Shown: positions 41,100-52,180, counted from the stretch's first letter. The stretch is 64,000 bases of DNA from an uncultured Alphaproteobacteria bacterium (GCA_963696555.1 CAVOKR010000006.1:2660-66659), one strand, 5' to 3'. Notes: generated from the letters alone by a model not told the origin. A program made the numbers and translations.

Positions 41100-42374
41100 G
41101 AGACATGGGTGACAGAACGTACCTAAGACATGGGTGACAATCTCGTGCCGAACGGATTGTCGATGGTTTGCAATGTCCTCTGCTCCAGGTCGATATAACC
41201 GAGATCGTAGTGCATGAAGCTGACGAGCCAAATGGCGTCGTCGACTTCCTTGATGCCGAGTTTCTGGCCGGCGAGCACGGTTGAGATATTGATCTTCTTG
41301 CGGTGCATGCAGATGCGGCCGCAGGCGGTGACAAGGATGTCCCGGTCGTGCCAGGGGTATTGGAGTTCGGGCAGCCCTTCGTAGGAGCGTGGTGAGGCGG
41401 AGTAGAGCTCGGCCGGGCATCGCATGGCGAGCGCCTCGTGGGGGCGTTCGGTGTTGAACTCGCGCAGGAAGGCATCGAATCTGGCCTGCTGCTGCAGAGA
41501 GTTGAGGCCGGGCGGGCGGGTGGCCTCCTTCTTCAAGGTCAGATGCATGCGCTCGTGGCGGCCGTTCTGCTGCGGATGGCCGGGCTTGATGCGCTCGATT
41601 GCGATGCCGAGCCGCAGCCACCAGACCGACAGGCGGGAGAGATTGTAGAGGCCGTTTGGACTGGCGAACGGCAAGCCGTTGTCGCTTCGGATGGCGCCCG
41701 GCAAGCCGCGGTCGCGGAATAGCTGCTGGAACGCCTCGATGACGGGGGCCTCCCGGGTCGATTCGAGGGCCTCGCACAAGAGCAGGTAGCGCGAGGCCTG
41801 GTCGGACACGGTCAGGGGGTAACAATAGCGGCCATTGCCGAGCTTGAACTCGCCCTTGAAGTCGGCGCACCAAAGCGCGTTGGGCGCGGCGGCCACTGAC
41901 AGCGGCGTGCCGGTGGCGCGGTTGCGGCGCCCGCGGGCGCGCTTGACCAGGCCGTGGCGGTCGAGCACCGCATGCACGGTGCTCTTGGCCGGTAGCCGCA
42001 CCTCGCCGGCAAGCTTGCGGACCAGCAGTTCCCGGATTTTGCGGGCGCCCCAATGCGGTTTGTCGCGCTTGAGATCGACGATCAGCCGCTCGACCTGGTC
42101 CGGCAACTGGTTGGCATAGCGCACTGGCCGGCGCGAGCGATCGGCGAGCGCATCGAGCCCCTGGTCCCTGTAGCGGTCGAAGATCTTGTAGCCGGTCTTG
42201 CGCGAAATGCCGAACTCGCGGCACACCTCGCTCATGCCTTCGCCCTCGAGAAGACGGGCGACAAAGCGTAAACGCTCCTGCGTCACCGAACACTCCTTCC
42301 ACGGCATCAACACCTCCCGCCAAAAGGCGAAAAGTGTTACCCATGTGTCCGGTACGATCTGTCACCTATCTCTC
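41100..42374 (-). mobile_element. IS481-family insertion sequence, 21 bp downstream of tRNA-Tyr
   Basis: Imperfect terminal IRs of about 40 bp: GAGACATGGGTGACAGAACGTACC..GACATGGGTGACA (left) versus the reverse complement of the right end, GAGAGATAGGTGACAGATCGTACC..CACATGGGTAACA. Confidence 0.8.
41123..42313 (-). CDS. IS481-family DDE transposase (integrase core domain)
   Basis: Intact 396 aa. N-terminal HTH ..MSEVCREFGISRKTGYKIFDRY.., ..WCADFKGEF.., ..IRSDNGLPF.., ..HPQQNGRHERMHLTLK.. Confidence 0.9.
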   Translation of the reverse strand: MLMPWKECSVTQERLRFVARLLEGEGMSEVCREFGISRKTGYKIFDRYRDQGLDALADRSRRPVRYANQLPDQVERLIVDLKRDKPHWGARKIRELLVRKLAGEVRLPAKSTVHAVLDRHGLVKRARGRRNRATGTPLSVAAAPNALWCADFKGEFKLGNGRYCYPLTVSDQASRYLLLCEALESTREAPVIEAFQQLFRDRGLPGAIRSDNGLPFASPNGLYNLSRLSVWWLRLGIAIERIKPGHPQQNGRHERMHLTLKKEATRPPGLNSLQQQARFDAFLREFNTERPHEALAMRCPAELYSASPRSYEGLPELQYPWHDRDILVTACGRICMHRKKINISTVLAGQKLGIKEVDDAIWLVSFMHYDLGYIDLEQRTLQTIDNPFGTRLSPMS

Positions 42375-42448
42375 AGGTCGGGCACTCGCTTCGCGAGCTA
42401 CGGCTCGGCAAGCCATCCGCCACAGTCGATCGACCCGTTGAGTTAACG

Positions 42449-42814
42449 CTACACCCGACCCGCTGTTGTGAATTCCGACACGATCTCGATCTCACCCACA
42501 ATGGCGGCGTTGAACGCGTCAAGATCTTCTGCGGGTATCCAGTATTCTGAATGCGCTTGGCCGCCTACTTCCCTCACTGGATAACCGTCCAAGTACGTTT
42601 TCAGAACTCTGAATTTGGTGACGTAGCCTCGGCCAGCCGCCGCGACGTTCCAATCTCTCGCTATCTTGGTCGCATAGTCCTCGCTCAGTACTGGATAGAA
42701 GATCGGCTGATCCGGAAGACGTGGCGGGAATCCGCGCATATTCCTTTCCCTGATCAAGCTCAGTTCAGCGGGTCCTACCGGCCGCCAAAGCAGGATGGAT
42801 TCAACTTGTGCCAT
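42449..42814 (-). CDS. conserved hypothetical protein (121 aa) in low-GC DNA
   Basis: ..LWRPVGPAELSLIRE..FPPRLPDQPIFYPVLSEDYATKIARDWNV..YVTKF..WIPAEDLDAFNAAIVGEIEIV. I recall this widely distributed family, whose function is not known to me. Confidence 0.6.
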   Translation of the reverse strand: MAQVESILLWRPVGPAELSLIRERNMRGFPPRLPDQPIFYPVLSEDYATKIARDWNVAAAGRGYVTKFRVLKTYLDGYPVREVGGQAHSEYWIPAEDLDAFNAAIVGEIEIVSEFTTAGRV

Positions 42815-42853
42815 TAGCTCGAAACTCGGATGCTTACACTCGCGTAGGCGAAA

Positions 42854-43450
42854 TCACAGGAAGCAATCAAAGTACGGTTTCTCCCGATACACAGCGCACC
42901 GCGAAAATGAGTTACGCCATTTATCTTCATCGTCTCTGATAGCGCAAAGGTGTCCATCTTCGTCGAGATACGAGTGATTAACTACTCGCCTAACGTTCTC
43001 AAACCCGTATCCTTCCGGAAGGTCAAAGAACGCCATTAGAAACCGACTGCCAAAGGCGAATTCGCGTCCATCTGTCATCTCCAGAACGAAACCGGTCCAA
43101 GACATTACGGTTTCGCCCTGTACCTGCTTTAACACGGACAAAGGTATCGCAAATCGGCTCGAAGTCGGGTGCTGTAAATCATAGGCGTTCACTCTGTTAC
43201 CCTGGGTGACGAAGTGCGCCAGCATCTCGCGACAGGGATCGGAGGAATTCGCGAAAATACCGTTTCCCCGTTTTTCTTCCTTCAATCGTCGCTCCGCTAA
43301 ATCTACGACGGTTTTCTTTTGCCTAATCATGACGCAGGGCAACAAGGTGCCGTCACTCAATTGCGCGCTGCACCGATGTCCAGGTCCATATGCGTCATAC
43401 GGAAAGGCTTCGATACCGCTCTCAAGATAGTCTTGCAGTGCTTGTGTCAT
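42854..43450 (-). CDS. hypothetical protein (198 aa) in low-GC DNA
   Basis: Intact ORF, no recognisable motif. Confidence 0.5.
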   Translation of the reverse strand: MTQALQDYLESGIEAFPYDAYGPGHRCSAQLSDGTLLPCVMIRQKKTVVDLAERRLKEEKRGNGIFANSSDPCREMLAHFVTQGNRVNAYDLQHPTSSRFAIPLSVLKQVQGETVMSWTGFVLEMTDGREFAFGSRFLMAFFDLPEGYGFENVRRVVNHSYLDEDGHLCAIRDDEDKWRNSFSRCAVYREKPYFDCFL

Positions 43451-43657
43451 CGTCTACCAGTCCAGTGCGGTTAAAGAAGCCTATAAAACCCAGCCACAAT
43501 TTTACGCGCATTAGCATCGTCGAGTGCGGCGAATAAACCCTATTTTTAGCCTGTTATTTAAACTGATCTTAGACCCTGCCCGGTTAGGTTGGCGCGATAC
43601 GGCGGGAGACAGGGCCCGTCGACGAAAACAAAATTGTAAGTTGGGAAAGGCGTCACA

Positions 43658-44170
43658 ATGAAAGCCGTCGCAAAGACGGTCGAGCCCGCCGATCGTGAGG
43701 CGCGTTTCGACCATATCCGGCCGCACTATCTCGAGGCGCTGACCTTGGTCGAGCGGCTGCACCGCCGTCTGCTCGACGTCATCAAGGACGAGTTCGACCG
43801 CCGCGGCCGCGCCGACATCAATTCGGTGCAGGCGCTGCTGCTGTACAATATCGGCGACAAGGAACTGACCGCGGGCGAGTTGCGCACGCGCGGCTATTAT
43901 CTCGGCTCCAACGTCTCCTACAATCTGAAGAAGCTCGTCGAGATGGGCTTCCTCGATCATCAGCGCTCGCGGGTCGACCGCCGCTCGGTGCGCATCAAGC
44001 TCACCGACAAGGGCCGCGAAGTCCGCGACACCGTCGATGCGCTCTACCAGAAGCATGTGCGCACGGTGGAGCAGGTCGGCGGCATCAATGCCGACGAGTT
44101 CTCAGTGCTCAACAAGGCGCTGCACCGGCTCGAGCGGTTCTGGACCGACCAGATTCTCTATCGGCTTTAA
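43658..44170 (+). CDS. MarR-family regulator of the LdtR type
   Basis: ..INSVQALLLYNIGDKELTAGELRTRGYYLGSNVSYNLKKLVEMGFLDHQRSRVDRRSVRIKLT.. wHTH. An L,D-transpeptidase gene lies nearby. Confidence 0.8.
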   Translation: MKAVAKTVEPADREARFDHIRPHYLEALTLVERLHRRLLDVIKDEFDRRGRADINSVQALLLYNIGDKELTAGELRTRGYYLGSNVSYNLKKLVEMGFLDHQRSRVDRRSVRIKLTDKGREVRDTVDALYQKHVRTVEQVGGINADEFSVLNKALHRLERFWTDQILYRL

Positions 44171-44270
44171 GAATAAGGGGAGGGGGACTGTTCGGGAGAC
44201 CGGCGACGGCTTTTCGGATCGTGCTCCAAGGATGTCCGCCGTGCGTTACGGCGTACTGGCAACCTAAAAA

Positions 44271-44297
44271 CCCCGGCGCAAGCCGGGGTCTTTTTTT
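44271..44297 (+). terminator. rho-independent terminator
   Basis: ccccggc-gcaa-gccgggg hairpin followed by tcttttttt. Confidence 0.8.
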
Positions 44298-44317
44298 GCC
44301 CGCGGCTTTTTTCCGCA

Positions 44318-44935
44318 TCAGCCGGGCGCCAGACCAAACAGGCGGCCGAGCCAGCTCAACACCGGGAACGGCGTGAACCGCTGCATCAAAATGGCGGCGG
44401 CTGCAATGACGACCAGATAGCTGATGAGGCCGTAGCCGATACGTTGCGCGAGCGGCGGATAAGGCGGCTTGTTATCCGGCGGCCAGGCAAACGCCGCCTC
44501 CCATTGCTCCTGGGGAATGTGCGCCGGCCTGATTTTCTCGAGCGGCACCCAGGCGCGGTAAGCGGCGATGCCGCGTTCGCGCGCGATGGCGTTGCGCAGC
44601 CAGAGGAAATTGCTCCATCCGGCGAGATCGACCAGCCATCTTACGATGACGCGTAGCAAAGCGAAGATCAGCAGACAGACCACATAGACGTAGGCGATCA
44701 TCAGGCCCACTTGCAGGACCGGATCGGTCAGGATTCCGACCCGGAAATATTCCGAGAAGAGTTGAACACTGCCTGTGACCGCGGCCTTGAGGCCGTCCGC
44801 GAGGGGCTGCAGCATCGGATGGTCAAAGGAGTAGTGGTCCAAGAGAAGAATGACGAGGACGACGACTGCGAGCTGAAACAGGCGGGAATTCGCGATACGG
44901 CGGATCGGAGCCGCCAATAGCCTGATCGCACCCAT
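44318..44935 (-). CDS. integral membrane protein of unknown function
   Basis: 205 aa, about four TM helices. Confidence 0.55.
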   Translation of the reverse strand: MGAIRLLAAPIRRIANSRLFQLAVVVLVILLLDHYSFDHPMLQPLADGLKAAVTGSVQLFSEYFRVGILTDPVLQVGLMIAYVYVVCLLIFALLRVIVRWLVDLAGWSNFLWLRNAIARERGIAAYRAWVPLEKIRPAHIPQEQWEAAFAWPPDNKPPYPPLAQRIGYGLISYLVVIAAAAILMQRFTPFPVLSWLGRLFGLAPG

Positions 44936-45127
44936 GGTTTCCGTCTCCCGCAGCCGAGCGCCGCCATCAACCGAGTCTCGGTGCCTAAATAAGCACTTTT
45001 GGCGGCAGGCCGCTTCATGCTAAGCCGGCCGGGGGACCTAAGACGACTTGGGATACAAGACGACTTGGGGACGGCATTTCGCAACCGGCCGATTTTCAGC
45101 CGCAATGCTGTCGCAGATAAACCCGCC

Positions 45128-46422
45128 ATGAAGTTCCCGGACGACCGAAGCCAGTCGCGGCCCAACCGCCGCGCATTTTTACGTCACGCCGGTGGCGCCG
45201 CGCTTGCAGGTCTGGCTGCCCAGCGAGCCTTTGCCGACGAAGCCCCGCTCGACGCCCTGATCGGCGATACCGACCGCAGCGAATTCGGCCAGACCTTCGA
45301 TCAGGCCTCGCGCACCATCCACATGCCGAAGGCGACCGCGCCGACGCTGTCGCCGTCGACGGCGGAAACCACCGAGCACGCGATCGAAACCTATGACGGC
45401 ATCGTGACGCGCGGCGGCTGGCCGACGGTGCCCAAGGTCGACGAATTGCGGCTCGGCATGCGCCATCCGAGCGTGGTCGATCTGCGCTCGCGGCTTTCGG
45501 TGTCGGGCGATCTCGATCCGAGCGCTGCCGGCAACGACATTTACAATTCCTATGTCGAGGAGGCGGTGCGGCGGTTTCAGGCCCGCCATGGGCTCACCAT
45601 CGACGGCATTTTGCGCGAAGTCGACGCTCGATGCGCTGAACGTTCCGGCGGCGACGCGGCGCGATCAGCTCAAGGTCAATATCGAGCGGCTCAAGACGCT
45701 GACCACCAATCTCGGCCCGCGTTACGTCGTCGCCAATATTCCCGGCCGCCCGCGTCGAGGCGATCGAAAACGACGTCGCGGTATCGCGGCACACCGCGGT
45801 CGTCGGCAAGCCCGACCGGCCGTCGCCCGACATCAACGCAAAATCATCCAGATCAATTTCAATCCGTTCTGGACCGTGCCGGCGTCGATCGTGCGCAAGG
45901 ACCTCATTCCGAAAATGCAGGACCAGCCGGAATATCTGACCGACAATCACATCCGCATTTTCGACGGCACGCACCGCGAATTGCAGCCGTCGCAGATCAA
46001 CTGGTATTCGGAAGACGCGACGAGCTACACGTTCAAGCAGGATCCCGGCAGCTTCAATTCGCTCGGCTCGATCCGCATCAATTTCCCCAGCCCCTACGGC
46101 GTCTATATGCACGACACGCCGCTGAAGAATCTGTTCGGCGACGATTTCCGCTTTCATTCCTCGGGCTGCATGCGGGTGCAGAACGTGCGCCAACTGGTCG
46201 GCTGGCTGCTTGGACGACACCAAGGGCTGGTCGCCCGACGAGATCGACAAAGTGATCAAATCGGGCGAGCAGAAGAACGCCAATCTGGCGAAGCCCGTGC
46301 CGCTGCACTGGGTCTATGTCACCGCCTGGTCGGCCTCCGACGGCGTCGTGCAATTCCGCGAGGACATTTACAGCCGCGACGGCCTCGGCGCGCCGGCTAT
46401 TCCGGCGACGACGAAGCTGTAG
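45128..46422 (+). pseudogene. L,D-transpeptidase (PG-binding + YkuD domains), at least four frameshifts (about 45612, 45743, 45843, 46205)
   Basis: Tat-like signal ..NRRAFLRHAGGAALAGLAAQRAFA. ..VRRFQARHGLTIDG... ..INFNPFWTVP... Catalytic ..YMHDTP..FRFHSSGCMRV... C-terminus ..WVYVTAWSASDGVVQFREDIY.. in another frame. Confidence 0.85.
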
Positions 46423-46606
46423 GGCGCCGCCGGTAGGCGATTGCCGCCACTATCCGCTCATCCCCATATAAAGCAGCGTTATCCGCCGAAATATCCCAAG
46501 CCCTTGCGGCGTTCGGCTGGTATGATACCCACCTGCGGTATATCACCGGGATGGGGCTTGACGCCCGCCCGGCGCAAGAATCCGGAATTGAGCCAGGAAT
46601 TCGACA

Positions 46607-47913
46607 ATGTCGGCCCCCCATCAGGCCAAACTTGCGACCGAAGAGCTTCTTTTCGGCGACGCTCGCCGAAAGCGATCCCGAAATCGCCGATGCGATCGCG
46701 CGCGAACTCGGCCGCCAGCGCGACGAGATCGAACTGATCGCGTCGGAAAACATCGTCAGCCGCGCCGTGCTCGAAGCGCAGGGCTCGGTGCTGACCAACA
46801 AATATGCCGAAGGGCTTGCCCGGCAAGCGCTATTACGGCGGCTGCCAATTCGTCGATATCGCCGAGCGGCTGGCGATCGAGCGCGTCACCAAGCTGTTCG
46901 GCTGCGCCTTCGCCAATGTGCAGCCGCATTCCGGCGCCTCGGCCAATGCCGAAGTGTTCATGGCGCTGATGCAGCCCGGCGACACCTTCATGGGGCTCAA
47001 TCTCGCCGCCGGCGGCCATCTCACCCACGGCTCGCCGGTCAATATGTCCGGCAAATGGTTCAAGGTCGTGCCCTATGGCGTGCGCCGCGACGACTGCCTG
47101 ATCGACATGGACGAGGTCGAGCGGCTCGCCAAAGAGCACCGGCCGAAAGTGATCGTCGCCGGCGGCTCGGCCTATCCGCGCATCATCGATTTCCGCCGCT
47201 TCCGCGAGATTGCGGACGAGGTCGGCGCCTACCTGATGGTCGACATGGCGCATTTCGCCGGCCTCGTCGCCGGCGGCGCGCATCCGAGCCCGTTTCCGCA
47301 TGCCCATGTGGTGACGACGACGACGCACAAGACGCTGCGCGGCCCGCGCGGCGGCACGATCCTCACCAACGACGAGGACTTGGCGAAAAAACTCAATTCG
47401 GCGGTGTTCCCCGGCATGCAGGGCGGCCCGCTGATGCATGTCATCGCCGCCAAGGCCGTCGCCTTCGGCGAGGCGCTGCGGCCGTCCTTCAAGCTTTACG
47501 CGAAGAGCGTGGTCGAAAACGCCAAGGCGCTTGCCGAAACGCTCAAAGCCCGCGGCCTCGATATCGTCTCCGGCGGCACCGATACGCATCTGATGCTGGT
47601 CGATCTGCGCAAGAAGCGCCTGACCGGCAAAGTGGCGGAGCTCGCGCTCGGCCGCGCCCACATCACCTGCAACAAGAACGGCATTCCGTTCGATCCGGAA
47701 AAGCCCACGGTCACGTCCGGCGTCCGGCTCGGCACGCCGGCCGGCACCACGCGCGGCTTCGGCATCGCCGAGTTCCGGCAGATCGGCGAACTGATCGCCG
47801 AAGTGCTCGATGCGCTGGCGCACCGCAATGTCGACGAGGATGCGCAGGCGGAAGCAAGCGTGCGGGAGAAGGTCAAGCGGTTGGTCAACCGGTTCCCGAT
47901 CTACGAGGGGTAA
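46607..47913 (+). pseudogene. glyA: serine hydroxymethyltransferase, frameshifts in the C6 run (about 46617) and the ggg run (about 46813)
   Basis: ..[45 protein letters not shown] / [28 protein letters not shown].. Confidence 0.9.
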
Positions 47914-47916
47914 GGG

Positions 47917-48380
47917 ATGCGGTGTCCGAGTTGTGCGAGCCTCGATACCCAGGTGAAGGATTCGCGGCCGACGGAAGATTCGTCGGTCATCCGCCGCCGG
48001 CGCGTCTGCCTCGCCTGCAATTTCCGCTTCACCACTTTCGAGCGCGTGCAATTGCGCGAACTCGTGGTCATCAAGCGCAACGGCCGGCGCGTGCCGTTCG
48101 ACCGCGACAAGCTCTTCGCTCGGTGCAGATCGCCTGCCGCAAGCGGCCGGTCGAGCCGGAGCGCATCGACCAGATGGTGTCGAAGATCGTGCGCGAGCTG
48201 GAAAGCCTCGGCGAGAGCGAAGTGTCCTCCGAAACCATCGGCGAGATCGTGATGGCGCATTTGCGCGATCTCGACGACGTCGCCTATGTGCGCTTCGCCT
48301 CGGTCTATCGCAATTTCCGCGAAGCCAAGGATTTCGAGGCGGCGCTGGCCGAATTGTCGGGAGACGAGGCGGCCGAGTGA
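47917..48380 (+). pseudogene. nrdR: transcriptional repressor NrdR, frameshift near 48115
   Basis: [44 protein letters not shown].. then ..[42 protein letters not shown].. in the next frame. Confidence 0.9.
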
Positions 48381-49494
48381 GCGCGGCCGCCGCGATGGAC
48401 GATCAGCGCTTCATGGCGCTGGCGCTGGCGCTCGGCCGCCGCGGCTTCGGCCGCACTTGGCCTAATCCCGCCGTCGGCGCGGTCATCGTCAAGGACGGCG
48501 TGATTGTCGGCCGCGGCTGGACCCAACCCGGCGGGCGGCCGCATGCCGAAGTCGAGGCGCTGCGCCGCGCCGGCGCCGCGGCGCGGGGCGCGACGCTTTA
48601 CGTCACGCTCGAGCCGTGCTCGCATTTCGGCAAATCGCCGCCCTGCGCCGACGCGGTCATCGCCGCCGGCATCGCCCGCGTCGTCTCGGCGATCGAGGAT
48701 CCCAATCCCGAAGTGGCGGGCGCGGGCCACGCGCGGCTGCGGGCCGCCGGCATTGCGGTCGATATCGGCATCGGCGCCGAGAGCGCGCCCGGCGCGATCA
48801 CGCCGGCCACATTCTGCGCATGCGCGAGGGCCGGCCTCATGTCACTGCTCAAGCTCGCCATCTCGGCCGACGGCAAGGCCGGCGCGGCGGGGCGGCAGCC
48901 GATTGCGATCACCGGCGAGCCGGTGCGCGAGCGCGTTCATCTGCTGCGCGCGCCAGAGCGACGCCATCATGATCGGCATCGGCACCGCGCTTGCCGACGA
49001 TCCCATGCTGACCTGCCGGCTGCCGGGCATGAGCCAGAATTCGCCGGTGCGCATCGTGCTCGATAGCGCGCTGCGCCTGCCGGTCGGGTCGCGGCTGGTG
49101 CAGACTGCGCGGCAGATGCCGGTCTGGGTCATTGACCGGCCACGGTGCGCCGGCAGCCGCCGAGCAATGCCTTGCGCGCGAACGGCGTCGAGGTGTTGCG
49201 CTCGGCCGAAAGCGGCGGCCAGCTCGATCTCGCCGCGATGCTGAAGATCCTCGGCGGCCGCGGCATCACCCGGCTGATGGTCGAAGGCGGCCCGACGCTT
49301 GCCGCGGCCTTGCTCGCGGCCGATCTCGTCGACGAGGCGATCTTGTTCCATTCCGCCACCGATCGTCGGCCCGGACGGGATCGACGCGCTTGGATGCGAC
49401 CGGCTGCGGCGGCGCTGACGCAGCGGCTGAAGCCGCATTGCAAGCGAAACCGTCGGGCCCGATCGGCAGGACAGTCTACGAGCGTAGGATATAG
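48377..49494 (+). pseudogene. ribD: bifunctional riboflavin biosynthesis deaminase/reductase RibD, at least six frameshifts
   Basis: ..PNPAVGAVIV..HAEVEAL..TLYVTLEPCSHFGKSPPCADA.. deaminase. ..HILRMREGRPHVT / LKLAISADGK / SDAIMIGIGTALADDPMLTCR / ITRLMVEGGPTLAAALL.. scattered over all three frames. Confidence 0.85.
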
Positions 49495-49496
49495 CG

Positions 49497-50110
49497 ATGT
49501 TTACTGGTATAATCAGTGACTTAGGCGAAGTTCTTGAGGTTCACCAAAAGGCTGAAGGGTTGCGCCGGACTGGTCATTGCCTGCGGCTACGATCCGGATT
49601 CCATCGATATCGGCGCCTCGATCGCCTGTTCGGGTATTTGCCTGACGGTGGTCGAGCGCGGCGTGCGGGAAACCGGTGCTATTTCGCCGTCGATGCCGCG
49701 GCCGAGACCTGCGCGTGACCACCGCGGCGGACTGGCAGCCGGCGACCAAGCTCAATCTCGAGCGCGCGCTGCGGCTCGGCGACGAACTCGGCGGCCACAT
49801 GGTCAGCGGCCATGTCGACGGCATCGCCGAACTCGTCGCCGCGACGATCTTCGCCGACATGGCGCGGCTGACGTTTCGCGCTGCCGGCGGAGCTTGCCCG
49901 CTTCATCGCGCCCAAGGGCTCGGTCGCGCTCGATGGCGTTTCGCTCACCGTCAATGACGGTCGACGGCGACACTTTCTCGGTGCTGATCATTCCGCACAC
50001 GCTTGCAGGTCACCACGTTCGGCTCGCTGCAAGCCGGCGCGCGGCTGAACATCGAAGTCGACCAGATGGCGCGCTATGCGGCGCGGCTGTTGGAAACCCT
50101 GCCGCGCTGA
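49497..50110 (+). pseudogene. ribE: riboflavin synthase alpha chain, multiple frameshifts
   Basis: MFTGIISDLGEV.., ..IDIGASIACSGICLTVV.., ..NLERALRLGDELGGHMVSGHVDG.., ..SVALDGVSLTVN.., ..FSVLIIPHT.. read in alternating frames. Confidence 0.85.
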
Positions 50111-50173
50111 GGCGTCCTTGTGACGGCTCCCCCGGCTTGGTACGACCACGCGCCTGAAATAGGAGCGCAAGCG

Positions 50174-50669
50174 ATGGCCGGGCCGCGGCGAGGCAAACGA
50201 CAACGAAAGCGTCGGCAAAGGCGCGCGCATCCTCATCGTCGAGGCGCGCTTCTACGACGATATTGCCGATGCGCTGCTCGCCGGCGCGACGCAAAGCGCT
50301 GCAAGGAAGCGCGGCGCCACGTTCGATTGCATCAGCGTGCCGGGCGCGCTCGAAATTCCGACCGCGATCGCGATCGCGCTCGATGCCGCGCAGCGCGGCC
50401 GGCGCGCCTTATGACGGCGCGGTCGCGCTCGGCTGCGTCATCCGCGGCGAGACCATTCATTTCGAGATCGTGTCGCATCAATCGGCGCGCGGGCTGATGG
50501 AGCTTTCGGTCGCGCGCAAGATGCCGATCGGCAACGGCATCATCACCGTCGACAACGAAGCGCAGGCCTTGGCCCGCGCCCGCGTCGAAGAGCAGGACAA
50601 AGGCGGCGATGCCGCCCGCGCCGCGCTGTGCGCTGATCGGGCTCAAGACGCCGGCTCGGGAAGCGCTGA
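50174..50669 (+). pseudogene. ribH: 6,7-dimethyl-8-ribityllumazine synthase, multiple frameshifts (first in the ggg run at about 50181)
   Basis: SD aggag before ATG 50174. ..[29 protein letters not shown].. / ..[29 protein letters not shown].. in different frames. Confidence 0.85.
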
Positions 50670-50670
50670 G

Positions 50671-51157
50671 ATGGCGAGCGACCACGGCCAACGAAGCGCG
50701 CAAGGCCAATAAGCGCGGCGCCGCCCGGCTCGCCGCGGTGCAGGCGCTTTATCAGATGGATCTCGCCGGCACCGGCCTGAACGAGATCATGGCCGAGTTC
50801 GAAAGCCATTGGCTCGGCGGCGAGGTCGAAGGCGAGCAATATCTGCCGGCGGAAGCCGCCTATTTCCGCGATATCGTCGGCGGCGTGGTGCGCGAGCAGA
50901 GCCGGCTCGATCCGCAGATCGACGCGGCGCTGGCGCGCGGCTGGCCGCTCAAGCGCATCGAGGCGGTATTGCGCGCGGTGCTGCGCGCCGGCGCCTACGA
51001 GCTTGCCTGCCGCAGCGACGTGCCGGCCCGCGTCGTGACGTCGGAATATGTCGACGTCGCCGGCGCCTTTGTCGACAAGGAGGAGACCGGCATGGTCAAT
51101 GCCGTGCTCGATCAGCTGGCGCATCAAATGCGCGCGGCCGAATTCGCCGGCGGTTAG
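50671..51157 (+). pseudogene. nusB: transcription antitermination factor NusB, frameshift a few codons after the ATG (about 50688)
   Basis: ATG 50671 follows the reconstructed ribH stop. Body ..[43 protein letters not shown].. is one frame off. Confidence 0.85.
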
Positions 51158-51172
51158 CGCGGAGGTGATCGG

Positions 51173-52178
51173 ATGGCCGCCAGCGACGAAACGTCGGCCG
51201 AGGAGCGCCTGATCGCGCGCTATTTTCGCCCGCTCGCGACGGCTCCGGGCGCATTCGGGCTTGACGACGACGCCGCCATCCTGACGCCGCCGCCGGGCTG
51301 CGATCTCGTGCTCACCACCGACGGCGTCATCGCCGGCGTGCATTTCTTTCCCGACGATCCGCCGGGCGATGATCGGCCGCAAAGTCCTGCGGATGAATCT
51401 GTCCGATCTTGCCGCCAAGGGCGCGACAGCCGTTCGGCTTTCTGATGTCGGTCGCACTGCCGGCGAGCATCGACGAGGCATGGCTCGCCGCTTTCGCCGC
51501 GGGACTCGGCGACGACGCGACGCATTATGCCTGTCCGCTGTTTGGCGGCGACACCGATCGCACGCCGGGACCGCTCGTCGGTTTCGATCACGGCCTTCGG
51601 CGCGGTGCCGCACGGCACAATGGTGCGGCGCTCCGACCGCCAAACCCGGCGACAGCATCGTCGTCACCGGCACGATCGGCGACGCGGCGCTCGGCGTCTT
51701 GTTGCGGCGTGATGCAAGCCCTTGCCGCGCACTGGCGGCTTTCCGGCGAAATGAGCGCGCATCTCAAGCACCGTTATCTGTTGCCGCAGCCGCGCAATGC
51801 GCTCGCCGAAGCCGTCCTGCAGCACGCCTCGGCGGCGATGGATGTGTCCGATGGCCTTGCCGGCGATCTCGCCAAGCTTTGCCGGGCGTCCGGCGTCGCC
51901 GCGGAAATCGACGTGGCGCGGGTGCCGCTGTCGGACGCCGCGCGCGCCGCGGTGCGCGGCCGAGCCGGCGCTGATCGAAACCGTGCTCACCGGCGGCGAC
52001 GACTATGAAATCCTGCTGACGCTTACGCCGGACAAGCTCGGCGCGTTTTCGCGCGGCCGCACGAGAAGCCGGCGTTGCGGCAACCGAGATCGGCCGCGTG
52101 ACGGCGGGGCAGGGCGCCCGTCTTGTCCGCGACGGCAAGGCGCTCGATTTCGCGCGGCCGTCCTACAGCCATTTCTAG
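51173..52178 (+). pseudogene. thiL: thiamine-monophosphate kinase, several frameshifts
   Basis: ..LGLDDDAAIL..LVLTTDGVIAGVHF.. / ..IGRKVLRMNLSDLAAKGA.. / ..LFGGDTDRTPGPL.. / ..AMDVSDGLAGDLAKL.. / ..LTGGDDYEILL.. across three frames. Confidence 0.85.
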
Positions 52179-52180
52179 CG

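Noticed and set aside
40993-43650. Classical tRNA-integrated genomic island at tRNA-Tyr
   Set aside because: No tyrosine or serine integrase gene is present, and no direct repeat of the tRNA 3' end was found up to the MarR gene. Only an IS481 and two orphans are present, so it is reported as an islet or remnant instead.
46440-46606. Possible ZTP (pfl) riboswitch in the glyA leader, because glyA is a known ZTP-regulated gene and the leader contains CGGCTGG...ACCGGG...CGCCCGGCGCA
   Set aside because: By eye the region folds into a series of simple hairpins (CTGGTATGATACC/GGTATATCACCGG, GGGC-TTGAC-GCCC, GAATCC/GGAATTC). It lacks the conserved GGGTCGTGACTGGCG and CCGCCTGGGCA boxes and the pseudoknot geometry. 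An Infernal scan with RF01750 would settle it.
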